From Candidatus Latescibacterota bacterium (GTDB lineage: Bacteria > Latescibacterota > UBA2968 > UBA8231), in assembly GCA_965200315.1 (NCBI GenBank), contig OZ241362.1:2976001-3040000 (forward strand): a stretch of 64,000 nucleotides of DNA, written 5' to 3'. This document shows positions 20,298 to 29,469 of the stretch, piece after piece. The notes below the pieces were generated by a model. That model made no database searches. It saw nothing but the letters and a program-made list of their open reading frames with translations, and had not been told where the DNA came from. How positions within the stretch are numbered: the stretch's first letter is position 1; the number at the start of each line of letters is the position of its first letter. The position numbers and the translations under genes are program-made.

Positions 20298-20895
20298 CGC
20301 GCTGGTCTGTTGCGCGGTGTTTGCACTGCTCGCAGCTTGCGGTGCGCAGCCAGAGGCCCCAAAAGAATCCGCCCCGGTGGAGGTCCCCTCGTTGCAGGAT
20401 TTCGGCGGCATTGGCGGCGACTTCGCGCTCGTGGATCAGCACGGTGCGCCCTTTGAGTTGCAAGGTTTGCGCGGTCAGGCCGCCATGCTCTTCTTCGGGT
20501 ACACCTATTGCCCCGACATCTGCCCAGTGACCCTGTCGAAGATGGGCCGCGTCTATCAACTCTTAGACGAGCGCCAGCAGGAGTTGACGACCCTCTTCGT
20601 CACCGTTGATCCCCAGCGCGATACGCAGGATAAGCTGGCGGAATACCTCGACTACTTCGCCATTGATGCGATTGGTCTGCGCGGCGACAAGGAGGAAATT
20701 GACCAAGTGGTGCGTCAGTATGGTGCTCATTACTCCCTCGGAGAGGAGCAGGACGCTTACTTAGTCGATCATTCGACCTATACTTACCTGATTGATCAGC
20801 AGGGCAAGGTGCGGTTCCTGTTCCGCCAGAGCGACGGCCCAGAGCTGATGGCCGCGGTAGCCGAGCAACTCTTCGCCGAGGAAGAAAAGCCATGA
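20284..20895 (+). CDS. SCO1/SenC family copper-insertion protein
   Basis: FFGYTYCPDICP, TVDPQRD, VDHSTYTYLID; lipobox LAAC; start moved to ATG 20284. Confidence 0.9.
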   Translation: MRTSDALVCCAVFALLAACGAQPEAPKESAPVEVPSLQDFGGIGGDFALVDQHGAPFELQGLRGQAAMLFFGYTYCPDICPVTLSKMGRVYQLLDERQQELTTLFVTVDPQRDTQDKLAEYLDYFAIDAIGLRGDKEEIDQVVRQYGAHYSLGEEQDAYLVDHSTYTYLIDQQGKVRFLFRQSDGPELMAAVAEQLFAEEEKP

Positions 20896-21050
20896 AAAAC
20901 GTCTTGTACAAAATAATCAAGGTCGTCCACGCCCTACTCTGGTTTCCGCTCAGTCCGCTCATCGGCCCGGATTTTCCGCAGTGCTTTCTGTTTAGAGGCC
21001 GGCGAAAGTCTGCGCGGGCCAAGCAGACGTCGACTCAGACCAAGCCGTAG
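20892..21050 (+). CDS. Putative 52-aa small protein coupled to the SCO gene (below ORF-track cutoff)
   Basis: ATGA overlap with SCO stop, GAGGA upstream; MKNVLYKIIKVVHALLWFPLSPLIGPDFPQCFLFRGRRKSARAKQTSTQTKP. Confidence 0.45.
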   Translation: MKNVLYKIIKVVHALLWFPLSPLIGPDFPQCFLFRGRRKSARAKQTSTQTKP

Positions 21051-21101
21051 CCGGCGTTCTAGTTTCATCCGCACAGCATCCCCAAGGAATCCACGCCAAC
21101 C

Positions 21102-22511
21102 ATGCAGCGACCGAATATCCTCATACTCTACACGGATCAGCAGCGGTGGGATGCCCTCGGCGTCAACGGCAACTCCGAAATCCACACGCCGCACTTGGAC
21201 CGGCTCGCGGCTACCGGGGTAAACTTCGACCACTGCTTTGTGCAGAATCCGGTCTGCATGCCCAGCCGCGTGAGCTTTCTCACCGGACAGTATCCATCCA
21301 CGCTAGGGATTTCGCACATGGGCGTACCCGTGCCCGCGGACGCGCCGACCTTGCCGCGCCTGCTGTGCAACTACGGCTATTGCAGCGGCCAGATTGGCAA
21401 GCTGCACTTTCTACCGCACGCCAACCGCGACCACCGCGAGCCCTATCCCGACTACGGCTTCGACCACTTGGAAATCTCGGACGAGCCGGGTTCCTACCAC
21501 GACGCCTATCGCGCTTGGGTGGCGGCGCAAGCCCCCGAGCAACTCGACCACATCAGCCTCGGCGAGGCGCCCAGTTCAATTGAGTGGAAGCGGATTATGA
21601 ACGTCCGCGACGGGATCGCGCATCCAGCAGAGCGCTTTGTCAAGTGCGCCTTGGCTAGCCGCTGCCGCAGCGACCTGACCCACACGGCGTTTGTCGCCGA
21701 GCAGACCATGGAGTTTTTGGTGCGCCACCGGGACGGCCCTTTTCTCTGCGTCGCCGGCTTCTATTCACCGCACGATCCGTGGGTGGCCCCCCGAGAGTTC
21801 CTCGATCTCTACGACCCAGCCGCTCTGACGCTGCCGCCCTTCCCTCCGGCTCTCGACGCCCGCCGAGGCCCACAGCACTTTTCCGACGACGAGTTGCGAT
21901 CTGCTCGCCACGGCTATTACGCCATGGTGTCCGAGGTCGATCACCACGTCGGCCGCATCCTCGACCGGCTAGACGGGCTCGGCATTGCGGACAACACCAT
22001 CGTCGTCTTCACGTCCGATCACGGCGAGTGGCTCGGCGAACATCTGCGCTACGGCAAGGGCTACCCCGGGCACGATGCGGTCACGCGAGTGCCCCTGCTG
22101 ATGCGCTGGCCTGCCGGAGCAAGTGCTGGTGGACGTTGCTCTCGCATCGTCGAAGCATTAGACGTGGTGCCGACGCTGCTGGAAGCCGCCGCAATTCAGC
22201 GGCCAGCGGTATTGCAAGGCAGCTCTCTGCTGGCCGATCTGCGCGGTGAGGAGGGTGCTGGCCCCGGCTGCGCCATCACGGAAATGACCCAGCCCGAGCG
22301 ACATTGGAAAACGCTGCGCGTGGAGGGGTTGCGCTACGTGGTGGATGCGGCCGGAGCCGAGGCCCTCTTCGACTTGGAGCGCGACCCACGGGCCTATCGG
22401 GACGTGGCGGGCGAGAGCGCATACGCCGATCGCTTGCAAGCGGTCCGCAAGCAGCTACTGGAGCGGCTGCTAGAGCGCGAACGGCCGCTGCCGAGGCAGT
22501 GGACGTACTAG
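21102..22511 (+). CDS. Cys-type sulfatase (choline-sulfatase-like)
   Basis: PNILILYTDQQR, CMPSR..LTG, GKLH, PHDP, FTSDHG. Confidence 0.9.
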   Translation: MQRPNILILYTDQQRWDALGVNGNSEIHTPHLDRLAATGVNFDHCFVQNPVCMPSRVSFLTGQYPSTLGISHMGVPVPADAPTLPRLLCNYGYCSGQIGKLHFLPHANRDHREPYPDYGFDHLEISDEPGSYHDAYRAWVAAQAPEQLDHISLGEAPSSIEWKRIMNVRDGIAHPAERFVKCALASRCRSDLTHTAFVAEQTMEFLVRHRDGPFLCVAGFYSPHDPWVAPREFLDLYDPAALTLPPFPPALDARRGPQHFSDDELRSARHGYYAMVSEVDHHVGRILDRLDGLGIADNTIVVFTSDHGEWLGEHLRYGKGYPGHDAVTRVPLLMRWPAGASAGGRCSRIVEALDVVPTLLEAAAIQRPAVLQGSSLLADLRGEEGAGPGCAITEMTQPERHWKTLRVEGLRYVVDAAGAEALFDLERDPRAYRDVAGESAYADRLQAVRKQLLERLLERERPLPRQWTY

Positions 22512-22618
22512 ACCTCGGCAATCGAATCAACGGCCGCAAAAGCGCGGGAATGAATCGCGGCGGTGGGGTGTCTAATTCGCCGTAGTGTCTCTCAAACTTT
22601 TACAAGGAGAACCGTGAG

Positions 22619-23071
22619 ATGTGCATTCGCAAGGTAGTTCTATGGGTTGTCGCGCTTGGTTTGGCGAGCGTCGCGGTGCTCGAAGCCCAGCCGGGAGGTA
22701 GGCGGGGCGGCACGGGCGGCGGCATGGCACCGGAGCAGATTTTTAGCCTGCTGGCCTTTGATGAGAAGTTCAAGGTGACCGACAAGCAGCTAATCGCGTT
22801 GCGGCAGGAGCTTAAACCGCTATACGTTGAGCAACGGCAGATGTTGGCGGAAATGTTCAGCGGCGATGTCGATTTTCGAGCTATGCGCGAAAAAATGCGC
22901 GAGCAGCAGCCTAAGATGCGCTCCAAGATCATGGCCGCGCTTGCCACGGCGTTAGATGCCGAGCAGGTCGAAGCTCTAAAAGCGCATCTACAGGAGCAAC
23001 AGCGCCAGCAGCAGCGCCAGCGCGGTGGGCCGCGAGGGGGTGGGGACGGTCCGCGTGGAGGCGGGTTTTAG
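22619..23071 (+). CDS. Exported helical hypothetical protein (Spy/CpxP-like) with Gly/Arg-rich ends
   Basis: Signal peptide, AAGGAG RBS, Q/M/E-rich helices. Confidence 0.55.
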   Translation: MCIRKVVLWVVALGLASVAVLEAQPGGRRGGTGGGMAPEQIFSLLAFDEKFKVTDKQLIALRQELKPLYVEQRQMLAEMFSGDVDFRAMREKMREQQPKMRSKIMAALATALDAEQVEALKAHLQEQQRQQQRQRGGPRGGGDGPRGGGF

Positions 23072-23078
23072 AATATTC

Positions 23079-23445
23079 TCAACGCAACAACAACATTTTC
23101 CGCGTCTCCTCCTGTGCCCCAACCTGCAAGCGGTATAGGTACACGCCGCTGGCTAGGTTGCGGCCGTCCCAAGTGATCCGATGGCGTCCTGCGGCTCGGA
23201 CGCCTCGGACTAAGGTCGCCACCTGCTGGCCGACGATCACCTCGGCGGCAGTCCGCGAGAAGGTGGAGTGGCCTGAGATGTGGCCAGCAAAGGGTGGGGT
23301 GACAAATGTGGGCTGTTGGTACGGCCATCAATTCTCGGCTAGGATCCAGCCGACGCCGGCCAAGTCCGTGTCCGGATCGGCGATGTAAGTCGGTCCGAGC
23401 CAAGCTTTTAACTTGATTTTGCCGATGTGTTCCCCGTTCTCTCCG
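23079..23445 (-). pseudogene. Collapsed vanadium-haloperoxidase-like (PAP2-fold) gene remnant fused to a C-terminal sorting domain
   Basis: Manual translation GENGEHIGKIKLKAWLGPTYIADPDTDLAGVGWILAEN*WPYQQPTFVTPPFAGHISGHSTFSRTAAEVI joined in frame to VGQQVATLVRG...WDGRNLASGVYLYRLQ...RKMLLLR*; stop at 23328-23330, no start. Confidence 0.75.
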
Positions 23446-23495
23446 GTTTTTGCGACTAAGCACCCTTTAGGGAAATAGCAAATTGGTACTGACGC

Positions 23496-24053
23496 TCACA
23501 GCTTCCTTACGATGTCTCCAACCCGTATCGCGCCCGGATGAACAACCTTGGCGTTGACGCCGCGCAGCCGAAGCTGTTTGCCCGCCCGAGAATTGACAAA
23601 CTTCAGGGCGTCCAGCCCAAAGCGGGCGGCGTATTTTTTGCAACCAGTGTGGGGTGGCTCAGTGATTTGGATCACGGCTGCGCCTAGGGACAGACGAGTC
23701 CCGGGTGGCACGTTATCCACGCTTAGGTCGAAGTCGACGTATAGCTGATCCCCTGCTAGGGGCCAACGCTCCTTTTCTTGGGCCACTAGGGCCATCAAGC
23801 GGGCGTTGGTCAGTGTGAGCTGCATGTCTGGGTGCGCCGATCCATCTGCGGTTTGCGAACTGCCGCGCTGTTTCCAGTTGTCGCCCACCAGCCCTTCGGC
23901 TAGATCGAGTTCCCCCAATTCTAATACTTCCCGCACCTCGGTCTGCGGCCGCCGCACGATGAGTTCCAATACGCCCGTGGCTTTGGGCGACTGACGAATG
24001 GCGTCTAGCCCGGCGGTTAGTGTTTCTAGGGATAGGTGTTTCACTTCAGACAA
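23496..24053 (-). CDS. MOSC domain protein
   Basis: GLVGDNW, AGDQLYVD, PHTGCKKY, LRGVNAKV. Confidence 0.85.
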   Translation of the reverse strand: MSEVKHLSLETLTAGLDAIRQSPKATGVLELIVRRPQTEVREVLELGELDLAEGLVGDNWKQRGSSQTADGSAHPDMQLTLTNARLMALVAQEKERWPLAGDQLYVDFDLSVDNVPPGTRLSLGAAVIQITEPPHTGCKKYAARFGLDALKFVNSRAGKQLRLRGVNAKVVHPGAIRVGDIVRKL

Positions 24054-24070
24054 GATTGACCTCCTGAATT

Positions 24071-24369
24071 TTATCGTGGTGCTTCATAGGACCCTTCAAT
24101 CCCCCCAGACGAGAAGAGCACTTGCCAGAGTTGGTTTGACCGGGCGCGGAAGGAGCCAGCGCAAGTCAGCAAGTAGAACGTCCACATCCGGTAGAAGTGC
24201 TCGTCGTAGTGGGCCTTGAGTTCGCTCCAAGCCGCGTTGAAATTGGCGTACCAAGCCATCAGCGTCCGGTCATAATGCGGCCCCAAGGCATGCCAGTCCT
24301 CTAAGACGCGATGCACACGTCGGCCTCTTCGAGCAGTGCTTCTATGCGGCGATAGGCGGTCTGATTCAT
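24071..24369 (-). pseudogene. cfa: Cyclopropane fatty acid synthase remnant (N- and C-termini joined out of frame)
   Basis: ATG 24369 MNQTAYRRIEALLEEADVCI then, in another frame, VLEDWHALGPHYDRTLMAW...FYRMWTFYLLTCAGSFRARSNQLWQVLFS; SAM-binding core absent. Confidence 0.75.
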
Positions 24370-24419
24370 GGCGGCTCGTCTTTTGAGAATCGTTCTGAAA
24401 ACCCCCGTCGGGCGGCTTT

Positions 24420-24475
24420 GTTGCATCCCGCGTTTTTCGAGGGCGAGACGCCCTCGGTCCCAGCGGTTGGAAAGA
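24420..24475 (+). repeat. About 55-bp dispersed repeat with REP-like hairpin (copy 2)
   Basis: gttgcatcccgcgtttttcgagggcgagacgccctcggtcccagcggttggaaaga matches 14332-14386. Confidence 0.8.
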
Positions 24476-24663
24476 CCCAACCCGGCATGTTCAGACCGCT
24501 TCTAAGAAAATGGCAGCGCATAGTATGCGTAACGAGTATGCGGCAAACAACCCTATATCGGAGATCACGCGCTTGACAGTTAGCCGCGTCTCGCTGCAAT
24601 TTTCGGCACGGCGCGAGAGGCTTGAACCATCACTCTGTTAGCAAAAAGTAAGGCAAGGAGTTT

Positions 24664-26259
24664 ATGGCCAAGGATCGCAGACCCAATTTCCTGTGGATTT
24701 CATTTGAGGATACCAACCCCCGGTACGGGTGCTACGGCGACCCGGTGGCGCGCACGCCCACGCTGGATCGGCTCGCCGCCGAGGGATGCCGCTGGACGCG
24801 CTGCTTCTCCACGGCTGGCGTCTGCGCCCCGGCCCGGTCGGCCATCATCACCGGCATGTACGCGATCTCGATCGGCACTCATCAGATGCGCACGACGCAC
24901 GCCAATCGCGCTACGCCGGAAATGCCCACGCCGTATTCGGCTGTTTTGCCGCACTACGTAAAGTGCTTTACGGAGTATCTGCGAGCGGCTGGGTATTATT
25001 GCTCCAACAACGCCAAGACCGACTACCAGTTTACTCCCCCGCTGACGGCTTGGGACGCGCTTGGCCCGGACGCCCACTGGCGCGACCGTCCCGACCCCGA
25101 CCAGCCGTTTTTCGCGGTATTCAACCCCACGCGCACCCACGAAAGCGGCATGTGGCCGGAGAAGTGCCCTGAGCCGGAGTTCGACCCGGACGCCATTCCG
25201 CTGCCGCCCCATTTCCCCGATACCCCGGTAGTGCGCCAAGCCATGGCGCGGATGTACACGCATATTGCACACAGCGACCAAGAGCTTGGCCAATTCCTGC
25301 AACAGCTCCGCGAAGACGGCTTGTCCGAGAATACGTACATCTTTCACTGGAGCGATCACGGCCCGCTGCCGCGCGGCAAGCGCTGGCCGTACGACGCAGG
25401 CATTCACGTGCCCCTGATCGTCCGCGGCCCGGGCATGGAAGCGGGGCAGGTCTGCGAGGACTTGGTAAGCACGGTCGATCTAGGCCCTACGATGCTCTCG
25501 CTTGCGGGTATCGATGTGCCCGCCCATATACAGGGCCGTGCGTTTTTGGGCCCCCAAGCCCAACCGCCTAGGGAGTACATATACGCGAGCAGGGACCGAC
25601 ACGACGAGGCGTACGACATGGTGCGGGCCGTGCGTGACCGCCGCTTTAAGTACATCCGCAACTACCGGCCCGACCTCCCCTACTTGGCGTGGATCCCCTA
25701 TCGCAATCGGCACCCCATTGTGCAGGAAATGTGGCGCTTGCACTTGGCCGACGAGCTGGACGAGACGCAATCGGCCATGTTCCGCTACCCGAGGCCGGTC
25801 GAAGAGCTGTACGACACCGATGCCGATCCGCACGAGATAGACAACTTGGCGGCCAATCCCCAGTACCAGCCGGAGCGAGATCGCCTGCGCGGAGCCTTGG
25901 ACGAATGGCTGCGCGAAGTGGGCGATATGGGCCGAATGGCAGAAAGCGAAATGGTGCGACGGTGGTATCCCGATGGCCAACAGCCGCAGACGGCCTCGCC
26001 GGTGTGCGTGCCCATCTGTGCCGACAGTCCCGGAACTGAGCCGACGCAAGGCGGTACATTCCAAGGGCCGCTGCTGGTGCAGCTCCACTGCGCCACGCAG
26101 GGGGCTTCTATGGCATACGCTGTGGACGATGATCCGCACTGGTGCCTCTACACCGAGCCGTTGCGCATGGAAGCTGGAACGACCACCTTGCGGACCAAGG
26201 CAATTCGCATTGGGTACGAGGAGAGCCAAGAGATACGTGCGACCTTTGTCGTAGAGTGA
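24664..26259 (+). CDS. Cys-type sulfatase with C-terminal Fn3-associated/chitobiase-like domain
   Basis: CAPARSAIITG, KTDY, SDHG, RDRHDE; C-terminal CATQGASMAY...LYTEPL...KAIRIGYEES. Confidence 0.9.
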   Translation: MAKDRRPNFLWISFEDTNPRYGCYGDPVARTPTLDRLAAEGCRWTRCFSTAGVCAPARSAIITGMYAISIGTHQMRTTHANRATPEMPTPYSAVLPHYVKCFTEYLRAAGYYCSNNAKTDYQFTPPLTAWDALGPDAHWRDRPDPDQPFFAVFNPTRTHESGMWPEKCPEPEFDPDAIPLPPHFPDTPVVRQAMARMYTHIAHSDQELGQFLQQLREDGLSENTYIFHWSDHGPLPRGKRWPYDAGIHVPLIVRGPGMEAGQVCEDLVSTVDLGPTMLSLAGIDVPAHIQGRAFLGPQAQPPREYIYASRDRHDEAYDMVRAVRDRRFKYIRNYRPDLPYLAWIPYRNRHPIVQEMWRLHLADELDETQSAMFRYPRPVEELYDTDADPHEIDNLAANPQYQPERDRLRGALDEWLREVGDMGRMAESEMVRRWYPDGQQPQTASPVCVPICADSPGTEPTQGGTFQGPLLVQLHCATQGASMAYAVDDDPHWCLYTEPLRMEAGTTTLRTKAIRIGYEESQEIRATFVVE

Positions 26260-26354
26260 GAAGCGATAGGTTATCCGCAGATGGGCGCAGAGTAGAAGCA
26301 AGAAGCTCCGCATGTAGTGCAGATTGCCCAAGAAGCTGGCGTGGAGGTAGAGAC

Positions 26355-27110
26355 GTGAACGAAGAATTGCAAGCCGCAGCCGAGCATATAGACGCCTATG
26401 GGTACTGCGTACTAAAGGACCGCATGCCCCGCGAAGCCGCCTTGGCGTTGGGCCGCCGCTGTCTGGTGCTACACCGCGACCCGCGCTGCCAAGACTATAT
26501 CGTGGGCGACGAGTTCTATCAGACCTTGTTCGGCATGCTCAATCAAGACGACGAGGTTTGGAACTGCGCCTTCCACCCAGATACTGTGGCCCTTGCGCGG
26601 CACTTTTTGGGGCCGCGCTGCCGCGTCGTCGAAGCGTGCTCCAAGCCGACTTGGCCTGAGGCGCCCGCTCAGCATTTACACGTCGATTCTGCGGGATCGT
26701 TTGCCCAAGTGCCCGATGTGCCGTGGATGATCAACAGCATTTGGATGCTCACGGACTTTACCGCGGCCAACGGGGCCACTGGCGTCGTGCCCATGAGCCA
26801 CCGGTCGCGGCGGTCCAGCCCACCGCCCGATATAGGTGCTGATAGCCCGTTGATCAAGCCCGTAGAAGGCCGCGCTGGCTCGGTGATGCTGTGGCACGGG
26901 GGAGTTTTTCACCAAGCCCGGGCCAATCAGAGCGAGGACGTGCGGATAGGGCTGAATATCGCGTATTATCCTCCTTGGTTTAACAATTGGATTGAAGGCG
27001 GGCACCAGCCCTTGTGGCCAGAGACGTACGAGCGCATGCCCGCAGACTTCCGCCGCCTGTGCCCGGGGCTGTTGGGTCGCCGCCGCGCTGACCGCTATGA
27101 GCCGCGGTGA
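26355..27110 (+). CDS. Phytanoyl-CoA dioxygenase (PhyH) family
   Basis: GYCVL, QHLHVD, WMLTDFTAANGAT..VPMSH, FHQARAN; GTG start after GGAGG. Confidence 0.85.
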   Translation: MNEELQAAAEHIDAYGYCVLKDRMPREAALALGRRCLVLHRDPRCQDYIVGDEFYQTLFGMLNQDDEVWNCAFHPDTVALARHFLGPRCRVVEACSKPTWPEAPAQHLHVDSAGSFAQVPDVPWMINSIWMLTDFTAANGATGVVPMSHRSRRSSPPPDIGADSPLIKPVEGRAGSVMLWHGGVFHQARANQSEDVRIGLNIAYYPPWFNNWIEGGHQPLWPETYERMPADFRRLCPGLLGRRRADRYEPR

Positions 27111-27196
27111 TTCACCGCGCCGTTAGGCGTGATGTGGGAATGACTATCCGCCGATGGACGCAGAGGCGATCCTTTAAGACTGACAAGGAGTTTCCC

Positions 27197-27940
27197 ATGA
27201 AAACAGTAGTCTTCGGTGCCGCCGGTTGGCTCGGCCGCGCCGTCTTGCAAAACTTGGCTGGCAAACACGATATCCGCGCCTTTGACTACGGCCCCCAAGC
27301 TTGGGAAGCCGGGCGCGACATAGACGGCGATTGGACCGGCGGCGAAGTGATCCACGGCGATATAGCCGATTACAACGCGGTGGAGCAAGCCATCAGCGGC
27401 GTGGATTGCGTCATCCACACGGCGGTTTACTTCGTCGGCGACCCCAACGACGACAAGCCCTTCCTCATCAACCTCAAAGGTTTGTGGAATGTCCTACAAG
27501 TGGCCCAAGAGCAAGGCGTCCGCAAAGTAGTACACATCGGATCGTGCCAAACCGTGCATTCCGAAGGAGTTTTCTTCTCCTCGGAAGTGCGGCGGCCCGA
27601 TGGTAGCCTGTATGCGGTATGCAAGCGGCTACAGGAGGAAATGTGCCGCCAGTTCCACGAAGCCTTTGGGCTGCCCATTGTGGTCTTGCGGCCCGACTAT
27701 ATTGTGGATTCGCGCTTGGGGATTGGCAAATATCGGGAACCATTGCAGGACATCCGCAACGGCTTGGTCTGCCGCCACGATTTGGCCGAAGCCTGTCGGC
27801 TGGCCTTGGAGCGAGACGAGGTGCAATTCGACGTGTTGCATGTGGTTGGCATGCCGGAAGCGGACGCTACTTGCAATACGGCACGGGGACGGGAGGTGTT
27901 GGGGTTGGAGTACAGGGGGGATTTGGATCAGTACCGATAA
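27197..27940 (+). CDS. NAD(P)-dependent epimerase/dehydratase
   Basis: VVFGAAGWLG, YAVCK; AAGGAG RBS before ATG 27197. Confidence 0.85.
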   Translation: MKTVVFGAAGWLGRAVLQNLAGKHDIRAFDYGPQAWEAGRDIDGDWTGGEVIHGDIADYNAVEQAISGVDCVIHTAVYFVGDPNDDKPFLINLKGLWNVLQVAQEQGVRKVVHIGSCQTVHSEGVFFSSEVRRPDGSLYAVCKRLQEEMCRQFHEAFGLPIVVLRPDYIVDSRLGIGKYREPLQDIRNGLVCRHDLAEACRLALERDEVQFDVLHVVGMPEADATCNTARGREVLGLEYRGDLDQYR

Positions 27941-27957
27941 CAGGCAACGCGAGGTTA

Positions 27958-29151
27958 CTACAAACGATCCCGCTTCATGTTATCGAGGAATTGTTTGATT
28001 TGTTCTCGCAGTTTGGCCTCGTCCTTCATCATCTGCTTGACCTTAGCTCTTGTCGGTTCGGTGCCATGGGCCATAGCATTGCGAAGCTCACGAAGGTTTT
28101 TGTATGAATTCGACATTCTCGCCTTCTCATATTCATCCTTTGCGTCTTGGCGATCCGCGTACCGTGCGGGATCTCCTCCACGCCGGGAGACGAGATAGGT
28201 CACAAAGGCTTCTTGTGCGTAAATCGTGGCTCGGAGATAGTCGCGCCTTTTTAGGTAATCCTCGGCGAGTTGGCTCTGCCGGCGCTGTGGAGTCTTTTTG
28301 TGACTCCAAGCCAATCGGTCTTGAAGAGTTAACTGAAACAGGCGAGCGACCCCAGTGAAGGGGTCAGATTTAAGGGCATCGTCGATACTCTTGATCTTTT
28401 CTTTGGCAAGAGATTCTTGAGAGGTTCGTTCAAAAAAGGCAGCCTTGTGCATGGGAGCCGCCAAACTAAGGTTCGCATTTGGCAGCAACTCCGCAAAAAC
28501 TCCGTAGTCGCCGGTATGTTCAAACTGACTCAAGGATCGGACCCAGTCGAACAGGTGCAACAGTCCCTTCAGATCATACACCGTTCCGGTCTTGGTGTCT
28601 GGGTCGTAAAAGCCATGCCAGAGTGCTTGCAACGTAATGTTCTGAACGGCTTGGAGATAAACTCCCGCCACCATCGCAATCATGGGCAAATGGCGAAAGG
28701 CGTGAGAAACGTCCAAGGAAAGCTCGGCGACGTCCTTGGTTGCCTTCGCCATAGTGTGCAGAACGTCGAGTTGTTCCGTTTCCGTGAGTCCCTTGGGTAT
28801 GAGATGAAGCTGGGTCTTGACGCCGAGATGATCTTTAATCAAGGGTTCGATAGCTCGGAGGTAATTGTCTGAAACGGTTTGTTCTTCTACTGCGTCCATG
28901 AGCTCTTCCCAGACCTTTTCCAGATCTGGCCTATCCGCTATCCCGGCGGATAGGGCCAAAAAGTCCCACATGCTGCCGCTGGTGCCGAGAACGATCACGA
29001 GGTCGGGTTCCAAGTGCTCAGCCAAGTGCCACCCCAGTACTGCGGTCGTACTCTTGTGTCCATCGGGGAACTGATACGTGGTGGTTTTGTATCCATCGGT
29101 TTGGTCGTCACGGGGAGTTCGGCCCAGAAAGGTGATCAGAGCATGAGTCAT
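27958..29151 (-). CDS. csx1: CARF-HEPN ribonuclease Csx1 (TIGR02221/TM1812-like)
   Basis: LITFLG, GTSGSMWD, DxTHG-like DVSHAFRHLP, HEPN RNAMAH; last gene of the cmr operon. Confidence 0.85.
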   Translation of the reverse strand: MTHALITFLGRTPRDDQTDGYKTTTYQFPDGHKSTTAVLGWHLAEHLEPDLVIVLGTSGSMWDFLALSAGIADRPDLEKVWEELMDAVEEQTVSDNYLRAIEPLIKDHLGVKTQLHLIPKGLTETEQLDVLHTMAKATKDVAELSLDVSHAFRHLPMIAMVAGVYLQAVQNITLQALWHGFYDPDTKTGTVYDLKGLLHLFDWVRSLSQFEHTGDYGVFAELLPNANLSLAAPMHKAAFFERTSQESLAKEKIKSIDDALKSDPFTGVARLFQLTLQDRLAWSHKKTPQRRQSQLAEDYLKRRDYLRATIYAQEAFVTYLVSRRGGDPARYADRQDAKDEYEKARMSNSYKNLRELRNAMAHGTEPTRAKVKQMMKDEAKLREQIKQFLDNMKRDRL

Positions 29152-29456
29152 GGGGAGTTCTCCGGTTCGATGCGGATGACGCGGTATTCTTCGAGGCGGG
29201 CACCAGCTTGATTCATCTGCTCGGCTGAAAGCTCTCGGCCTCGCAGTTCGGCGGGCAGGTCAAGGGAAAGATGCAAATAGCGGGCACCGCGTACTTGCAA
29301 TTCGGCGGCCAAATGAATGGGGAGCGTTCCAATCACGATATCGCCGGGATTGACGGAAGAAATATCGAGATGGTTGACCCAAACGTCGACGCTAATCCCG
29401 TGGGCCTCCGCCCATTCTATCGCACCGCGATGGCGGGTGATGAAGCGGACGGTCAT
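29148..29456 (-). CDS. csx16: CRISPR-associated Csx16 (putative cOA ring nuclease)
   Basis: FITRHRGAIEW, HLD...GDIVIGTLPIHLAA, RGRELS. Confidence 0.88.
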   Translation of the reverse strand: MTVRFITRHRGAIEWAEAHGISVDVWVNHLDISSVNPGDIVIGTLPIHLAAELQVRGARYLHLSLDLPAELRGRELSAEQMNQAGARLEEYRVIRIEPENSP

Positions 29457-29469
29457 AGATTAGGCTCCT

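Noticed and set aside
23328-23330. In-frame TGA as recoding (Trp or selenocysteine)
   Set aside because: The gene lacks a start and has internal deletions, and TGA is used as a normal stop throughout the window
23068-23463. 131-aa ORF in the track
   Set aside because: Wrong frame; the meaningful sequence is the interrupted haloperoxidase-like frame
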